Shown here piece by piece: positions 42,139-51,924 of a DNA stretch of 64,000 nt. Under the pieces are notes generated by a model that searched no databases, had not been told where the DNA came from, and saw nothing but the letters and a program-made list of their open reading frames with translations. Location: the NCBI GenBank assembly GCA_043778225.1, contig JAYWGM010000072.1:1-64000 (forward strand), read 5' to 3'. Within the stretch, counting starts at the first letter, position 1. Every line of letters starts with the position of its first letter. The DNA is from Deinococcales bacterium. Lineage in GTDB: Bacteria; Deinococcota; Deinococci; Deinococcales; JAAFIG01. A program made the translations under genes and the position numbers.

Positions 42139-45100
42139 TTACTTTTCAATCAAGAAATCTTGCCAGCGCTCAGGGATAACTTCACCAACTTCAAGTAACT
42201 TGGCTTGAGCTTCGCTGTACAGCCGTTGCAGCGTGCGGTGATTGTTGTCTAAACGCAGGGCATTGCAAGCAATTCTAAGCGTCTCGAGGTCGTATGGATT
42301 GGTCTGGAGTAAAATTCGCATCACTCGAGCCACTTGTTTTGGCTCGGTCTCGAGTCGCCTTTGTGCTTCTTTGTGAGCCGCTGCGATAAGCAGCTCATTA
42401 ATTTCTTCGGATGGAGCGAATCCCTCGAGATACGCCCCACGCCACTTAGCAAAGTCACCAGACTTTAAGAATTCTTCTGCGTCGGTCATGACTGCGCCCA
42501 AAGCATAGCCATTGGCAGTTGTGGCAACCAGCGCCACACCGTGGGCTGCTCGAGCCTTAAAGACGGTTTGACGCAAGGAGACCAGCGCTTCTTCTTCAAG
42601 ACCGTTTGGATAAAGCGCATCTATTAACTCGAGGGTTTTGACTTCGCTGCGTCCTGTCAAGCGAGCCTCGAGCAGCACTGCCAGTAATTCCTTGCGTTTT
42701 TGTCCTTTGACCGCACTGACCAAACCACCATTCAAGATTTGCATTGTGCCAAGTACCTCGAGTTGCAGCTTGGTCTGGTCGAGGCTCGTTTTGGTGGCTT
42801 GTAGTTCAGAAAAGTAACTTTGAGCAAGATTGACCCCATGCAGCAAACCTTGTTCTTGAAACCAAACAACGGCTTCTCGAGCCATATGGATATTTTGTTC
42901 TAAGCGTGCCAATTCAAGGCGGTAGCAATGGGCATCAAATAAAAATCCCAGTTCTTCGGCTCGAGCAATGACAGCTTGCCAAGCAAGGACAGCCGTTTGC
43001 TGTTCGGCTTCTAGTAATCTAGCTTGGGCGCTCAGCACATAAAAACTATGGCTGTCTGGAGCATTTACAAGCACAGGCAAGGCGAGTTCTAAGCATTCAC
43101 GGGCTTGACTGACTTCTTGGGTTTGTAACAAGGCTAGGCATAAATGCGTTTGGCTCGAGGCAATCAATTTATCATGTTCTAGGGCTTGGGCATGACGCAG
43201 CGCATCTCGAGCATATTTTAAGGCTAGAGTCTGACTGTATTGCAATTGGCGTTGCAAATGAAAACGCACCAAGGATAACTCGACAGCCACCAAAAATGGT
43301 GTTTGAGAACCTTGACTTAAAGCCGAATAGGCGGCATTCAAACGCTCCTCGGCGGGTTCATAGCGCCCAGCTTCAAAATCATTGTTCGAGAGCATCAATT
43401 GAGCTTGGGCTGCCAGCCCAAAATTACCAGCTTTCTCGAGGGCGACCAAAGCACGAGTCGCATGGTCACGCATCAAATCTCGCTGCCCGGTGCGCTCTAA
43501 AGTCACTGCCCGATTAAAAAGCATTGCACCCACCGCGTTGTGCTGCTCGAGTTCTTGGGCTAAAGCAATCGCTTCAAGCGCCACGATTTCGGATGCCTCG
43601 AGTTGCCCAAGTTGGGCTAAACTAATCGCTCGGATATTCAAAACACTCATCCGTTCACGCGGCAAAAGTTGAGGGTGCTGCAAAATATCCAAAGACAAGT
43701 GTTCAGCTTTTTGCATCTCACCTGTCAAAACCAGCGCCGATAACACATGAATCAGCACGGCAGTCTCGACCACATCATGCAGTTCAGCATGAGCCTCCCA
43801 AAGCTCAAGCGCTCGAGTTGGCTGACCACACATCATCAAAAACCCAAGATAAGAACTGATGTACCGTGTATCGTTTTGGTACACCACAGGTAAACGCGCT
43901 AAAGAATTCTCGGCTGCCACAATGCTGCGGGTGGTGGTGACAATCGCGCCAGTTGCGTAATAAATCGCCTCTATTCGAGTTGCATCTGGTAAGTCTGGCA
44001 TCTCGAGAATGGACTCGGCATAACTGAGCGCTTCTTTGGGTTGGCTGTGAACCAAAATACCGATTGCCTCGAGTAACAAATTGGCTTTGGCAAGACCGAC
44101 TAAAAACTGTGCAGCTTTGGCTTTGAGTTGGGCGGCTCGAGTTGGTTGGGCTTCTAAGGCTTTTGCACACGACAACAAAACATCCAAAGCCGTTTGGGGG
44201 GGTAACTGGCTATCAAGCAGAAATTCAGTTGCCAATTCTGGATGAGCAACCTGTAAAATCTGCAAGGCTCGAGTTGCTAAGTCTGCCCGCCCAGCACTTG
44301 ATAATTGCTTAAAAGTCACTTCCCGAAAAAGCGGATGCACAAAACCACTTTGGCTTAGAATCCCACGCCGCCGCAAATGCAGTTCGGCAAATTCAAGTTC
44401 TGGTAAATCCAAACCCGCCACTTGCGCCCAGAGGTTAGAATCCAGCATCAATTGCGGCACGCGAATCTCGAGCAAGGCACGGGCTTGCAATGCCAAACGG
44501 CTTGAAAGCGAATCTGACGGGTCAAACAGCAATTGTTCAATCAATGCCTCAACAGTCATCGGCATCGCATCGGCTGGAGGTTCACGCCAATGCCAGCGCT
44601 TGGTGTCGTTCCACAGTAAACCCTGCCTTGCCAAGTGCCTAAAGAATTCCAAAGTAAAAAGCGGATTGCCTGCCGCCCTCGAGTAAATCCAAGTGCTGGC
44701 ATCAGGAGGCAACGCCGCACCGACTTCAGATTCCAAAAGTGTTGTGCTGCTCAGTAAATCCAAAGGCAGTAAGCGCCAAGACTCGAGTCCAGATTCTATC
44801 GCTACGCGACTGGTCAGAATCACCCCAACTCCCTTTTTGTGCTGAGCCGCCAACGCCAAACGCAACCAAAAATCTTGAGCCGTTGCCGTTGCTTCATGCC
44901 AGTCTTCAATATGAAGCACAAAAGGAGCAAGCGCCTCGAGCAAGCCAAGGAGGGTTTCCAAACTCGAATCTGTGCCCAACTTTGCCTCGAGCCAACTTGG
45001 CAAACGTTTAGGACGCGGCAGGTTCTTCAAAACCTGTGCCACAAGCGTCACGGCTCGAGTCGAATAAAACCCATAAGGCACGTTTTTAAGAAGTTGTGTG

Positions 45101-45225
45101 ACCGCGCTGGTTTTACCAATCCCAGCCTCACCAAATAAGCAAAACGCCAAACCAGAACGACGCACCGCCACACTCGCCAAGCGCCTTTGAATTTGTAGCA
45201 GTAACTCTGCATTGGGAAAGCTCAT
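42139..45225 (-). CDS. AAA ATPase + TPR-like + C-terminal wHTH-BTAD regulator
   Basis: GEAGIGKT, LHIEDWH, GNPLFTLE, LEVLG, WRGAYL. Confidence 0.85.
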   Translation of the reverse strand: MSFPNAELLLQIQRRLASVAVRRSGLAFCLFGEAGIGKTSAVTQLLKNVPYGFYSTRAVTLVAQVLKNLPRPKRLPSWLEAKLGTDSSLETLLGLLEALAPFVLHIEDWHEATATAQDFWLRLALAAQHKKGVGVILTSRVAIESGLESWRLLPLDLLSSTTLLESEVGAALPPDASTWIYSRAAGNPLFTLEFFRHLARQGLLWNDTKRWHWREPPADAMPMTVEALIEQLLFDPSDSLSSRLALQARALLEIRVPQLMLDSNLWAQVAGLDLPELEFAELHLRRRGILSQSGFVHPLFREVTFKQLSSAGRADLATRALQILQVAHPELATEFLLDSQLPPQTALDVLLSCAKALEAQPTRAAQLKAKAAQFLVGLAKANLLLEAIGILVHSQPKEALSYAESILEMPDLPDATRIEAIYYATGAIVTTTRSIVAAENSLARLPVVYQNDTRYISSYLGFLMMCGQPTRALELWEAHAELHDVVETAVLIHVLSALVLTGEMQKAEHLSLDILQHPQLLPRERMSVLNIRAISLAQLGQLEASEIVALEAIALAQELEQHNAVGAMLFNRAVTLERTGQRDLMRDHATRALVALEKAGNFGLAAQAQLMLSNNDFEAGRYEPAEERLNAAYSALSQGSQTPFLVAVELSLVRFHLQRQLQYSQTLALKYARDALRHAQALEHDKLIASSQTHLCLALLQTQEVSQARECLELALPVLVNAPDSHSFYVLSAQARLLEAEQQTAVLAWQAVIARAEELGFLFDAHCYRLELARLEQNIHMAREAVVWFQEQGLLHGVNLAQSYFSELQATKTSLDQTKLQLEVLGTMQILNGGLVSAVKGQKRKELLAVLLEARLTGRSEVKTLELIDALYPNGLEEEALVSLRQTVFKARAAHGVALVATTANGYALGAVMTDAEEFLKSGDFAKWRGAYLEGFAPSEEINELLIAAAHKEAQRRLETEPKQVARVMRILLQTNPYDLETLRIACNALRLDNNHRTLQRLYSEAQAKLLEVGEVIPERWQDFLIEK

Positions 45226-45244
45226 GGAGCAACAGCATACTTGG

Positions 45245-46525
45245 TTAAGGCGTTAAACGGTTTCGGTCTCGAGGAAAAGCCCGAGCATAACGCACATTGC
45301 TAATCTCGAGAATTTTAGCGGTTAAGCGTTCTGCACCAATTGCCAGCCCACCATGTGGTGGCATTCCGTGCTTAAAAACTTCTAAATACGCGCCAAATCC
45401 TTCTGGACTCACCCCACGGTATGCCATGTTCTCGAGCAGCATCTGGTAATCATGAACCCGTTGTCCACCACTGGTGATTTCGATGCCACGAAACAGCAAA
45501 TCAAAACTTTTGGTGGTGTTATCTTCAAAATTTGGGTAGGCATAAAAGGGACGGGCAGTGCGTGGGTATTTGGTCACAAACACAAAATCCGAGTCAAAAT
45601 GCTCTAAAAAATGCCGCGAGATAATCCGTTCGCCTTCGGGGTCAAGGTCTTTACCACCGTTGGTATGACCATATTTCTCGATGCACAAGGCTCGAGCCTC
45701 GGCAAGTGGGATTCGCGGGATTTTAGCTGGGATACTTGGCGCAGGTACACCACACAACTCGAGTTCGGGGCTGCATTCTTGAGCGACTTTCTCGAGCATA
45801 TACGCCAAAACCAGATTTTCCATGTCCATCACATCTTCTTCGGATTCGATAAAACCCATCTCGAGGTCTAGGCTCATGTACTCGTTCAAATGCCGACTGG
45901 TAGCGTGTTCCTCGGCTCGGTAAACACAAGCGGTTTCAAAAACCCGCTCGTAAACCCCAACCATAATTTGCTTATAGACCTGCGGACTTTGTGCCAAATA
46001 GGCGGTTTGTTCAAAATACTGGACTTCAAACAAGCTGCTGCCGCCCTCTGCCCCAGCCGAAACAATTTTCGGGGTAAAAATTTCGGTAAAACCCTGAGCT
46101 ATTAAAGCCTCGCGGAAACCCTGAATTAAGACCGCCTGAATTTTAAGTACCGCCCGTTCTTTTAAGCCACGCAAACTGACATAACGGTAATCAAGCAGCG
46201 TTTCGGGGTTGGCTTTCCATTCTTCTTTCGAGACCTCGACAGGTGCGGGTTCAACCGCCACACTAATCGCTTCAAAACTCGAGACTTGGACCTCGAGACC
46301 CTGCGGCGCTCGAGGATTCGCCACGACCTTACCAAAAACCCTGACACTCGACTCGAGTAGTGGAATATGAATGCCCTTGCCAAGCACACATTGGGCTGTA
46401 CCCGTGCGGTCACGCAGCACCAAAAACTGCACCCCGCCAAGGTCGCGCCGAAAATGCACAAATCCCTCGAGTTTGACATCCATTCCAATACGTTCTTTAA
46501 GTTGATTGGTCAGTGTGCGTTCCAT
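45245..46525 (-). CDS. aspS: Non-discriminating (archaeal-type) aspartate--tRNA(Asp/Asn) ligase
   Basis: 426 aa with no GAD insert; LAQSPQVYKQ, YRAE, EITSGGQR, GMPPHGG, FPRD; NPRAP loop. Confidence 0.92.
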   Translation of the reverse strand: MERTLTNQLKERIGMDVKLEGFVHFRRDLGGVQFLVLRDRTGTAQCVLGKGIHIPLLESSVRVFGKVVANPRAPQGLEVQVSSFEAISVAVEPAPVEVSKEEWKANPETLLDYRYVSLRGLKERAVLKIQAVLIQGFREALIAQGFTEIFTPKIVSAGAEGGSSLFEVQYFEQTAYLAQSPQVYKQIMVGVYERVFETACVYRAEEHATSRHLNEYMSLDLEMGFIESEEDVMDMENLVLAYMLEKVAQECSPELELCGVPAPSIPAKIPRIPLAEARALCIEKYGHTNGGKDLDPEGERIISRHFLEHFDSDFVFVTKYPRTARPFYAYPNFEDNTTKSFDLLFRGIEITSGGQRVHDYQMLLENMAYRGVSPEGFGAYLEVFKHGMPPHGGLAIGAERLTAKILEISNVRYARAFPRDRNRLTP

Positions 46526-46538
46526 AATGCCCCTTATC

Positions 46539-46570
46539 AAGAAAAACCCCACTCGAGTCTCGAGCGGGGC
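46539..46570 (-). terminator. Attenuator terminator upstream of aspS
   Basis: Minus strand gccccgctcg-agact-cgagtggggt then TTTTCTT, just before the RBS. Confidence 0.8.
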
Positions 46571-46596
46571 GTGAAAACAAATCAAAGCCCCAACGA

Positions 46597-46638
46597 CTAA
46601 AAATCGTCGTCGGTGCGATTGTTAAAAATGTGTTTCAT
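46597..46638 (-). CDS. aspS leader peptide MKHIFNNRTDDDF
   Basis: atg aaa cac att ttt aac aat cgc acc gac gac gat ttt tag; 5 of last 8 sense codons Asn/Asp. Confidence 0.8.
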   Translation of the reverse strand: MKHIFNNRTDDDF

Positions 46639-46649
46639 AACCAAGGCGG

Positions 46650-46679
46650 AGTATAAACGCGAACCTCGAGACTCGTCAA
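46650..46679 (-). promoter_or_regulatory. Sigma70-type promoter of aspS leader
   Basis: TTGACG-N18-TATACT. Confidence 0.7.
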
Positions 46680-46729
46680 GAACAAGTGTTTTTTTACATA
46701 GCCCCTCGAGACTTGAGGAAGTGATGGTT

Positions 46730-47149
46730 TTACTTTTTGGCTTTGAATCGGTCTACCCCACCCCATGCTTTAAGTTCGGCTTCTAGGGTGTCTTTGGGGA
46801 TATTTGGCACAGAATCCTTATTGCCTGGTTGCGTCCATGCCACAACCTCGAGGACATCATCATAACCATCACCATCGGAATCTTTTCTGGCTTTAAGGGC
46901 TAAGTAAAGTGCATCTGCAAAGACTTTATTCCCAGCACCATTCCACTCAGCCCGAACATTATCGCCAAAAGCATTCCACGGCGCTCTGCCTGTGGCGTTG
47001 AGATGGCAGTATTGGCAAGTCACTTTTTCGGCTTGTAAACCAAGTTGGGCAATGGCTTGTAAGCGATGGGCTGGTCGGGCGGAGACCAACGGAATGGCGG
47101 TTAATCCAAGAATAGCCAAGGCTGCCACATGAACTGCTTTTAATCTCAT
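46730..47149 (-). CDS. Exported protein with CxxCH heme-binding motif
   Basis: Signal peptide, TCQYCH, DSDGDGYDD. Confidence 0.65.
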   Translation of the reverse strand: MRLKAVHVAALAILGLTAIPLVSARPAHRLQAIAQLGLQAEKVTCQYCHLNATGRAPWNAFGDNVRAEWNGAGNKVFADALYLALKARKDSDGDGYDDVLEVVAWTQPGNKDSVPNIPKDTLEAELKAWGGVDRFKAKK

Positions 47150-47227
47150 AAAAATCCCCTTTTGTGATGAACTACACAATCATCACAAAAGGGGGCGGCA
47201 AGATTTGTATCGCAAAGAACAAATTCT

Positions 47228-47319
47228 CTAACAAACTTCATCCCTGCAAGGCTTAACCAATTTCATCCCTGCAAGGTTTGGCGAACTTCATCCCTGCAAA
47301 GCTTAACGAACTTCATCCC
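47228..47319. repeat. 25-bp tandem array x~4 overlapping stop codon
   Basis: ttcatccc at 47237, 47262, 47287, 47312. Confidence 0.85.
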
Positions 47320-49282
47320 AGAACAAATCTGGCACAGTTGGCACGGCATCGGCTGGCAAATCGGTAAAGATGCCATATTGAATTAAATATGTGCCAGCCA
47401 CCAAGCGCCCCATATTAAAGGTATTGCCCTCGAGCCGCCAATTGACCGCCACAGTTTGGTTGTTGACCAAGCCAGTCACGGCTGGGTTGGGGCGACGCAC
47501 GGCTGGACTCGAGCCACCTTGGGGCAGTGGGTCTATAATCCGTAGGTTCTCGACTGTGCGCTCGACCGTGATTGCCAGCGTCACAATATAGCCTTGGGCA
47601 TCTTGGCTATAACTTTTGATGATTCTGACCGCACCTTTTTGTAAGTCAGTCACTCGAGAAACCGTTACCCCTGCTGGTGGTAGCACCCGAATCATGCCTT
47701 CGGTACTCAATTCAAACGGTTCGAGTGCAGCACGGATTGTGCCAGCCGCACAGACTCTGGCTGGAATTTGCAATGTGGCTGGTTTACCGCCGCTAATGTC
47801 GGTGGTCAGTTCAGTTGGAGCGCCAGTGGTCACTTCCTTGGGTAAGGTCAAATTCAGCATGACTGGCACAGGGTACGGGAAATCAGTGGTGGCAGTGGCG
47901 GTCAGTAAACTCTGTTGGCAAGTTGCCACGATATTGGGCGAAACCTCGAGTTTAAGGCTTGCCGAAATGCGGTACTCGAGAACCACACGAGTAACTTGGT
48001 TATCCTGTACCACACCCGCTTTGGCTTCGACGGTCGAACCGGGCAATGGGGTTGGCGTGACTGGGTATTCGTTTGGGGTCAGAATCAAGGTACTTGGCGA
48101 ACGTAGGTTTTGTCCAGCCGCCCGAAATGGAATGCCGTTAATTGGCACACGGGTTTTGCCAATAATCGCCACGGTTTCGACAATCAGCTGCCCTTGCACC
48201 GGACGCGCCACAAAACGGACTCGAGCCGCGCCCGGTTGGGTACGGGCAAGCACCGACGAAACGACGGTGCCTTGTCCCTCGAGAACGCTGGCACTGACTG
48301 GAATCCAACCTTGGGGCAGGGTTGGCGAGATGGTGTACTCGCCGTCACCAACCAAATTATAACCAGCCCCCAAAATCGGACGACCTTGCGGGTCTACGAC
48401 CTCAACCAATGGCGAGGGCAAAATACTCAAACCTTGCGGAGGAACAAAAGCGGGAATATCGGCATAAGCGGGTTGCTGATTTAAGCGCACTCGCAAGTTG
48501 ATGGCATTGCTAAACTGTTTGGTGCTGGGCAGAATTCGCATCAAAATGCTCCACTCGCCGACCAGTGCATTGGTGATGTCAAAACTGTCGGTGGCTTGTC
48601 CGCCATTTTCGGAGGTGGCAAGTTTACGGCGTTGACCATCGGGCGAAACCGCATACAATTCAGCTTCAGCAGCCCCATCGGCATCGTAATTGGTCAATTC
48701 AAAGCGCTTACCGACCAATTCTCGAGCCACTTGAACTCGAGCCGCCAGTAAATCGGTGTTGACTGTACCTCGAGCATTGACCGTAAACTGACTGGCTTGG
48801 ATTTGATAGGGGCTGTTGGCACGCACCGCAAAAGCATTTTTACCATTGCCGGTGCTGCGAACCCGCAGGGTATAAATGCCAGCTTGAACCCGCAGACTGG
48901 TCAGGGCTTCCCATGTGTGCTTATCGGTTGTGCCGTATTTGCGTTCAAAAAGTTTTGTGCCATTTGGCGATAAAACCGTATAGGTGGTGTCAAATGGCAA
49001 ATTACGCCCGTAGATTTCGTCGCCATAGTAGCCAGTGGTCACCCGACCATTGACATAATCGTTGAGGTTTAAGCCCGGACTATAGACCTCGAGCGCCAGT
49101 GGTGCGTCTGTACCACTTGGCACAATAATTCGCAGTTCTTCGTAGGGAGTTGCCCAACTTTGGTTGCTGACACTGGCAAGCGGCAATGCGCCGCCAGCTT
49201 GTGCCAAAACTGGCGTGCTTAAAAGTGTTGCGCCAAGCAGCAGCGCCAAGCATCTCGAGAAAAGGTTTGGTTTCACAAGCAT
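47303..49282 (-). CDS. Hypothetical secreted beta-rich protein
   Basis: Signal peptide ending VLA; 659-aa ORF. Confidence 0.75.
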   Translation of the reverse strand: MLVKPNLFSRCLALLLGATLLSTPVLAQAGGALPLASVSNQSWATPYEELRIIVPSGTDAPLALEVYSPGLNLNDYVNGRVTTGYYGDEIYGRNLPFDTTYTVLSPNGTKLFERKYGTTDKHTWEALTSLRVQAGIYTLRVRSTGNGKNAFAVRANSPYQIQASQFTVNARGTVNTDLLAARVQVARELVGKRFELTNYDADGAAEAELYAVSPDGQRRKLATSENGGQATDSFDITNALVGEWSILMRILPSTKQFSNAINLRVRLNQQPAYADIPAFVPPQGLSILPSPLVEVVDPQGRPILGAGYNLVGDGEYTISPTLPQGWIPVSASVLEGQGTVVSSVLARTQPGAARVRFVARPVQGQLIVETVAIIGKTRVPINGIPFRAAGQNLRSPSTLILTPNEYPVTPTPLPGSTVEAKAGVVQDNQVTRVVLEYRISASLKLEVSPNIVATCQQSLLTATATTDFPYPVPVMLNLTLPKEVTTGAPTELTTDISGGKPATLQIPARVCAAGTIRAALEPFELSTEGMIRVLPPAGVTVSRVTDLQKGAVRIIKSYSQDAQGYIVTLAITVERTVENLRIIDPLPQGGSSPAVRRPNPAVTGLVNNQTVAVNWRLEGNTFNMGRLVAGTYLIQYGIFTDLPADAVPTVPDLFWDEVR

Positions 49283-49319
49283 CAGTTTACAGTAAGTTAT
49301 GTCAAGTCGTCACCATCTG

Positions 49320-50474
49320 TCAGGATAGGTAGCCGACCGCCAAACGCATCGCCTCGAGTGCCGCCTCTAAGCCAGCGATGTTAGCCCCACTGCCTTGGGC
49401 GAGGTCTTTTTTGCCGCCGCCTTTACCATCAATCAACGGTAAACCCAGCGCCAGAATTTCTCGAGCTTGGGCTGTTATCGCCCTCCCACAAGTCACGGTC
49501 AGGTATGCCCTCGAGTCGTCGCTTGCACCCAAAATTGCAATCAGATTATCTCGAGCGGTACAGACTTTGGCAAGTTCGGCTAAAAGGCTGACATCTTCTA
49601 GCCGATGCACCACCACGCCACGCAGAAAACCCGAGGCAATTCTGGCAGCCAATTGGCTGCGTAACTGTATTATTTCTAATTTGGCTGTACCAAGTTCTTC
49701 GAGGGCAGCTAAAGTGCGGGTTGGCACATTTTCGATACCACTCGAGAAACGCAAAGCCAAAGCCGCCACAAAGTCGTGTTTTAAGCGGTAATCCTCGAGT
49801 AAGCGCACCCCACAATTAAAATAGACCCGAGTCGCACCGCTTTTAATTCGCTCGAGCTTGAAAATTTTAATCAGCCCAACTTCACTGCTGCGGCTGGTGT
49901 GTGTCCCCGCACAGGCACTGTAATCAAAATTGCCAATTTGCACCACCCGAATCTGCCCAGATACCTTTGGAACGCGCCTAAATGGAAGACTGGCAATTTC
50001 GGAGTCTGGAATTTCATAGGTCTGAATCGGCAGGGCAGCCAAAACCGCATCGTTGGCGATTTGTTCTGCCGAAAGCGCAGTTGCCCAATCGGTGCTTTGG
50101 GCTAAATCCAGAGTACAGACCGAATGCTCCATATTGACGGCAATCACATCGCGCGATAAACGAAAAAAAGCCTGTCCAAGCAGATGCTCGCCAGTGTGTT
50201 GCTGCATATGGTCAAAACGCCGTGACCAATCCAGCTGACCAGTCAAAACTTCGGGTAATTCAACCGCCGACTCGAGCCAATGCCATATTTTACCGTCTTT
50301 TTTGCTGGTCTCGAGAACCCGAAAACCATTCAGGCTGCCCGTATCGCAGAGTTGTCCGCCACCACCGGGATAAAAAGCCGTTGCCTCGAGACAGACCGCG
50401 TTGCTTTGAACTTGGGTGACACGACTGCTAAAAGCCGCGAGATACCCATTTTGATGATATAACTTTTGGCTCAT
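49320..50474 (-). CDS. Alanyl-tRNA editing protein (AlaX-like, DHHA1)
   Basis: TAFYPGGGGQLCDTG, HMQQHTGEH, ACAGTH, GKGGG. Confidence 0.9.
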   Translation of the reverse strand: MSQKLYHQNGYLAAFSSRVTQVQSNAVCLEATAFYPGGGGQLCDTGSLNGFRVLETSKKDGKIWHWLESAVELPEVLTGQLDWSRRFDHMQQHTGEHLLGQAFFRLSRDVIAVNMEHSVCTLDLAQSTDWATALSAEQIANDAVLAALPIQTYEIPDSEIASLPFRRVPKVSGQIRVVQIGNFDYSACAGTHTSRSSEVGLIKIFKLERIKSGATRVYFNCGVRLLEDYRLKHDFVAALALRFSSGIENVPTRTLAALEELGTAKLEIIQLRSQLAARIASGFLRGVVVHRLEDVSLLAELAKVCTARDNLIAILGASDDSRAYLTVTCGRAITAQAREILALGLPLIDGKGGGKKDLAQGSGANIAGLEAALEAMRLAVGYLS

Positions 50475-51082
50475 GGCTCGAGCATACAACGGGCTGGTGC
50501 GCCGTCGGCATCAGCTAAATTCATCGGCAGACAAACCAAGCGGTACTGCCCAGCCACGACATCAGCCAAAGCCAGCCCCTCGAGAATATAAAGCCCAGCC
50601 GCCGCCATGGCAGCGTGTCCGGGTAAATCCTTGCTGGTCAAACTGTCCACACTTGGCGCATCTGTGCCGAGTAAATCAATCCCTCGAGCCGCTAAATAGG
50701 GCGGTAGGCTTGGGGCGACCACTGCCCACTCGAGCGGAAAAGTCTCCCAATGGTTTGGCTGCCCAGTCTTAAATAACACTTTGCCGACCCCACTTAAATC
50801 AAGGTTCTCGAGTAAACTTGGCGTGAGTTCGCTTGCCCCAATTGCCTCGACCACCAAACATCGCCCGACCCAAGTCTTGAGTGGAATCTGGTCGAGTTTT
50901 AGCCCTTGGTCGGTGTAATGCCATGGGGCATCAACGTGTGTTCCAGTATGGACACTCATCTGGATTCTGCCAACATTAACGGCTGCGCCCTCGGCAATTT
51001 TGACGGGTACAGTGTAGGAAACAGGCTCGTCGCCCAGCCAACTGACCATGCCGTGAAAAATCCGCCGTGTAATATCAATCAT
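50471..51082 (-). CDS. kynB: Cyclase family / kynurenine formamidase
   Basis: HTGTHVDAPWH, GTDAPSVD, ILEGL, DGAPAR. Confidence 0.75.
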   Translation of the reverse strand: MIDITRRIFHGMVSWLGDEPVSYTVPVKIAEGAAVNVGRIQMSVHTGTHVDAPWHYTDQGLKLDQIPLKTWVGRCLVVEAIGASELTPSLLENLDLSGVGKVLFKTGQPNHWETFPLEWAVVAPSLPPYLAARGIDLLGTDAPSVDSLTSKDLPGHAAMAAAGLYILEGLALADVVAGQYRLVCLPMNLADADGAPARCMLEP

Positions 51083-51090
51083 GCGCCATT

Positions 51091-51915
51091 CTATAACTTC
51101 GTTGCCTCGAGCAGCACCCAATCTGCCATCTGCCGACGTTGACGCAACACAAAACCATGAATAGCTAAGGATTCCAGCACCAGTGTTTCGCGCCCACTCG
51201 AGGTATCCCAAGTGATTTGTTCACCAGCATCGGCTTGGTCTGTGCCAGCCAAAATACCCGTCAGAACTAAAATCCCATTTTGGGCTAGGGCGGCTTTGTA
51301 CTGCGGCATCAAAAGTGCATGGAGTTCGGCAAATAAGTTTGCCACAATCAAATCAAATGGCGCTTGGGGCAGCATATCCTCGAGTAAACCCGCCTTAAAT
51401 TCGATTTGCACCCCATTCTGAGCCGCATTCTCGAGCGCCACCGCCACAGTGCTTGGGTCGTTGTCCACCCCGTAAACCATGGCTGCGCCGAGTTTAGCCG
51501 CCACCATTGCCAGAATACCCGTACCCGCCCCAACATCCAGCACTTTGAGGGTTTTGAGATCGTGTTCTTGCAGCGCTAGAATTGCCATTTGGGTGGTTTG
51601 GTGCTGTCCAGTGCCAAAGGCAAGCCCCGGCTCGAGTAATAATTGAATCGCACTGGTACTTGGTTGTTCGAGCCACGGCGGGGTAATCGTGACCTTACCA
51701 ATCGTCACGGCTTCTAAACTGGCACGGTAGGCGGCAATCCAGTCGGTGTCGTCGGCTTTGACCCAAGTCCCACCAAATGGCAACTCGAACGGCGCATCAA
51801 AATACGCCAGCACCGTGCCGTTGTCTTCGCTGAGTCCTTGGCAACCCGCTTCCCACAAGTCTGGGGTCAGCGGGTCTAAATTCTCGAGTGTGCCAAGCAG
51901 ACGGTAGGTGTACAT
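51091..51915 (-). CDS. prmA: Ribosomal protein L11 methyltransferase
   Basis: PGLAFGTGQHQTT, VLDVGAGTGILA, DLIVAN. Confidence 0.9.
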   Translation of the reverse strand: MYTYRLLGTLENLDPLTPDLWEAGCQGLSEDNGTVLAYFDAPFELPFGGTWVKADDTDWIAAYRASLEAVTIGKVTITPPWLEQPSTSAIQLLLEPGLAFGTGQHQTTQMAILALQEHDLKTLKVLDVGAGTGILAMVAAKLGAAMVYGVDNDPSTVAVALENAAQNGVQIEFKAGLLEDMLPQAPFDLIVANLFAELHALLMPQYKAALAQNGILVLTGILAGTDQADAGEQITWDTSSGRETLVLESLAIHGFVLRQRRQMADWVLLEATKL

Positions 51916-51924
51916 CTGGGCATT

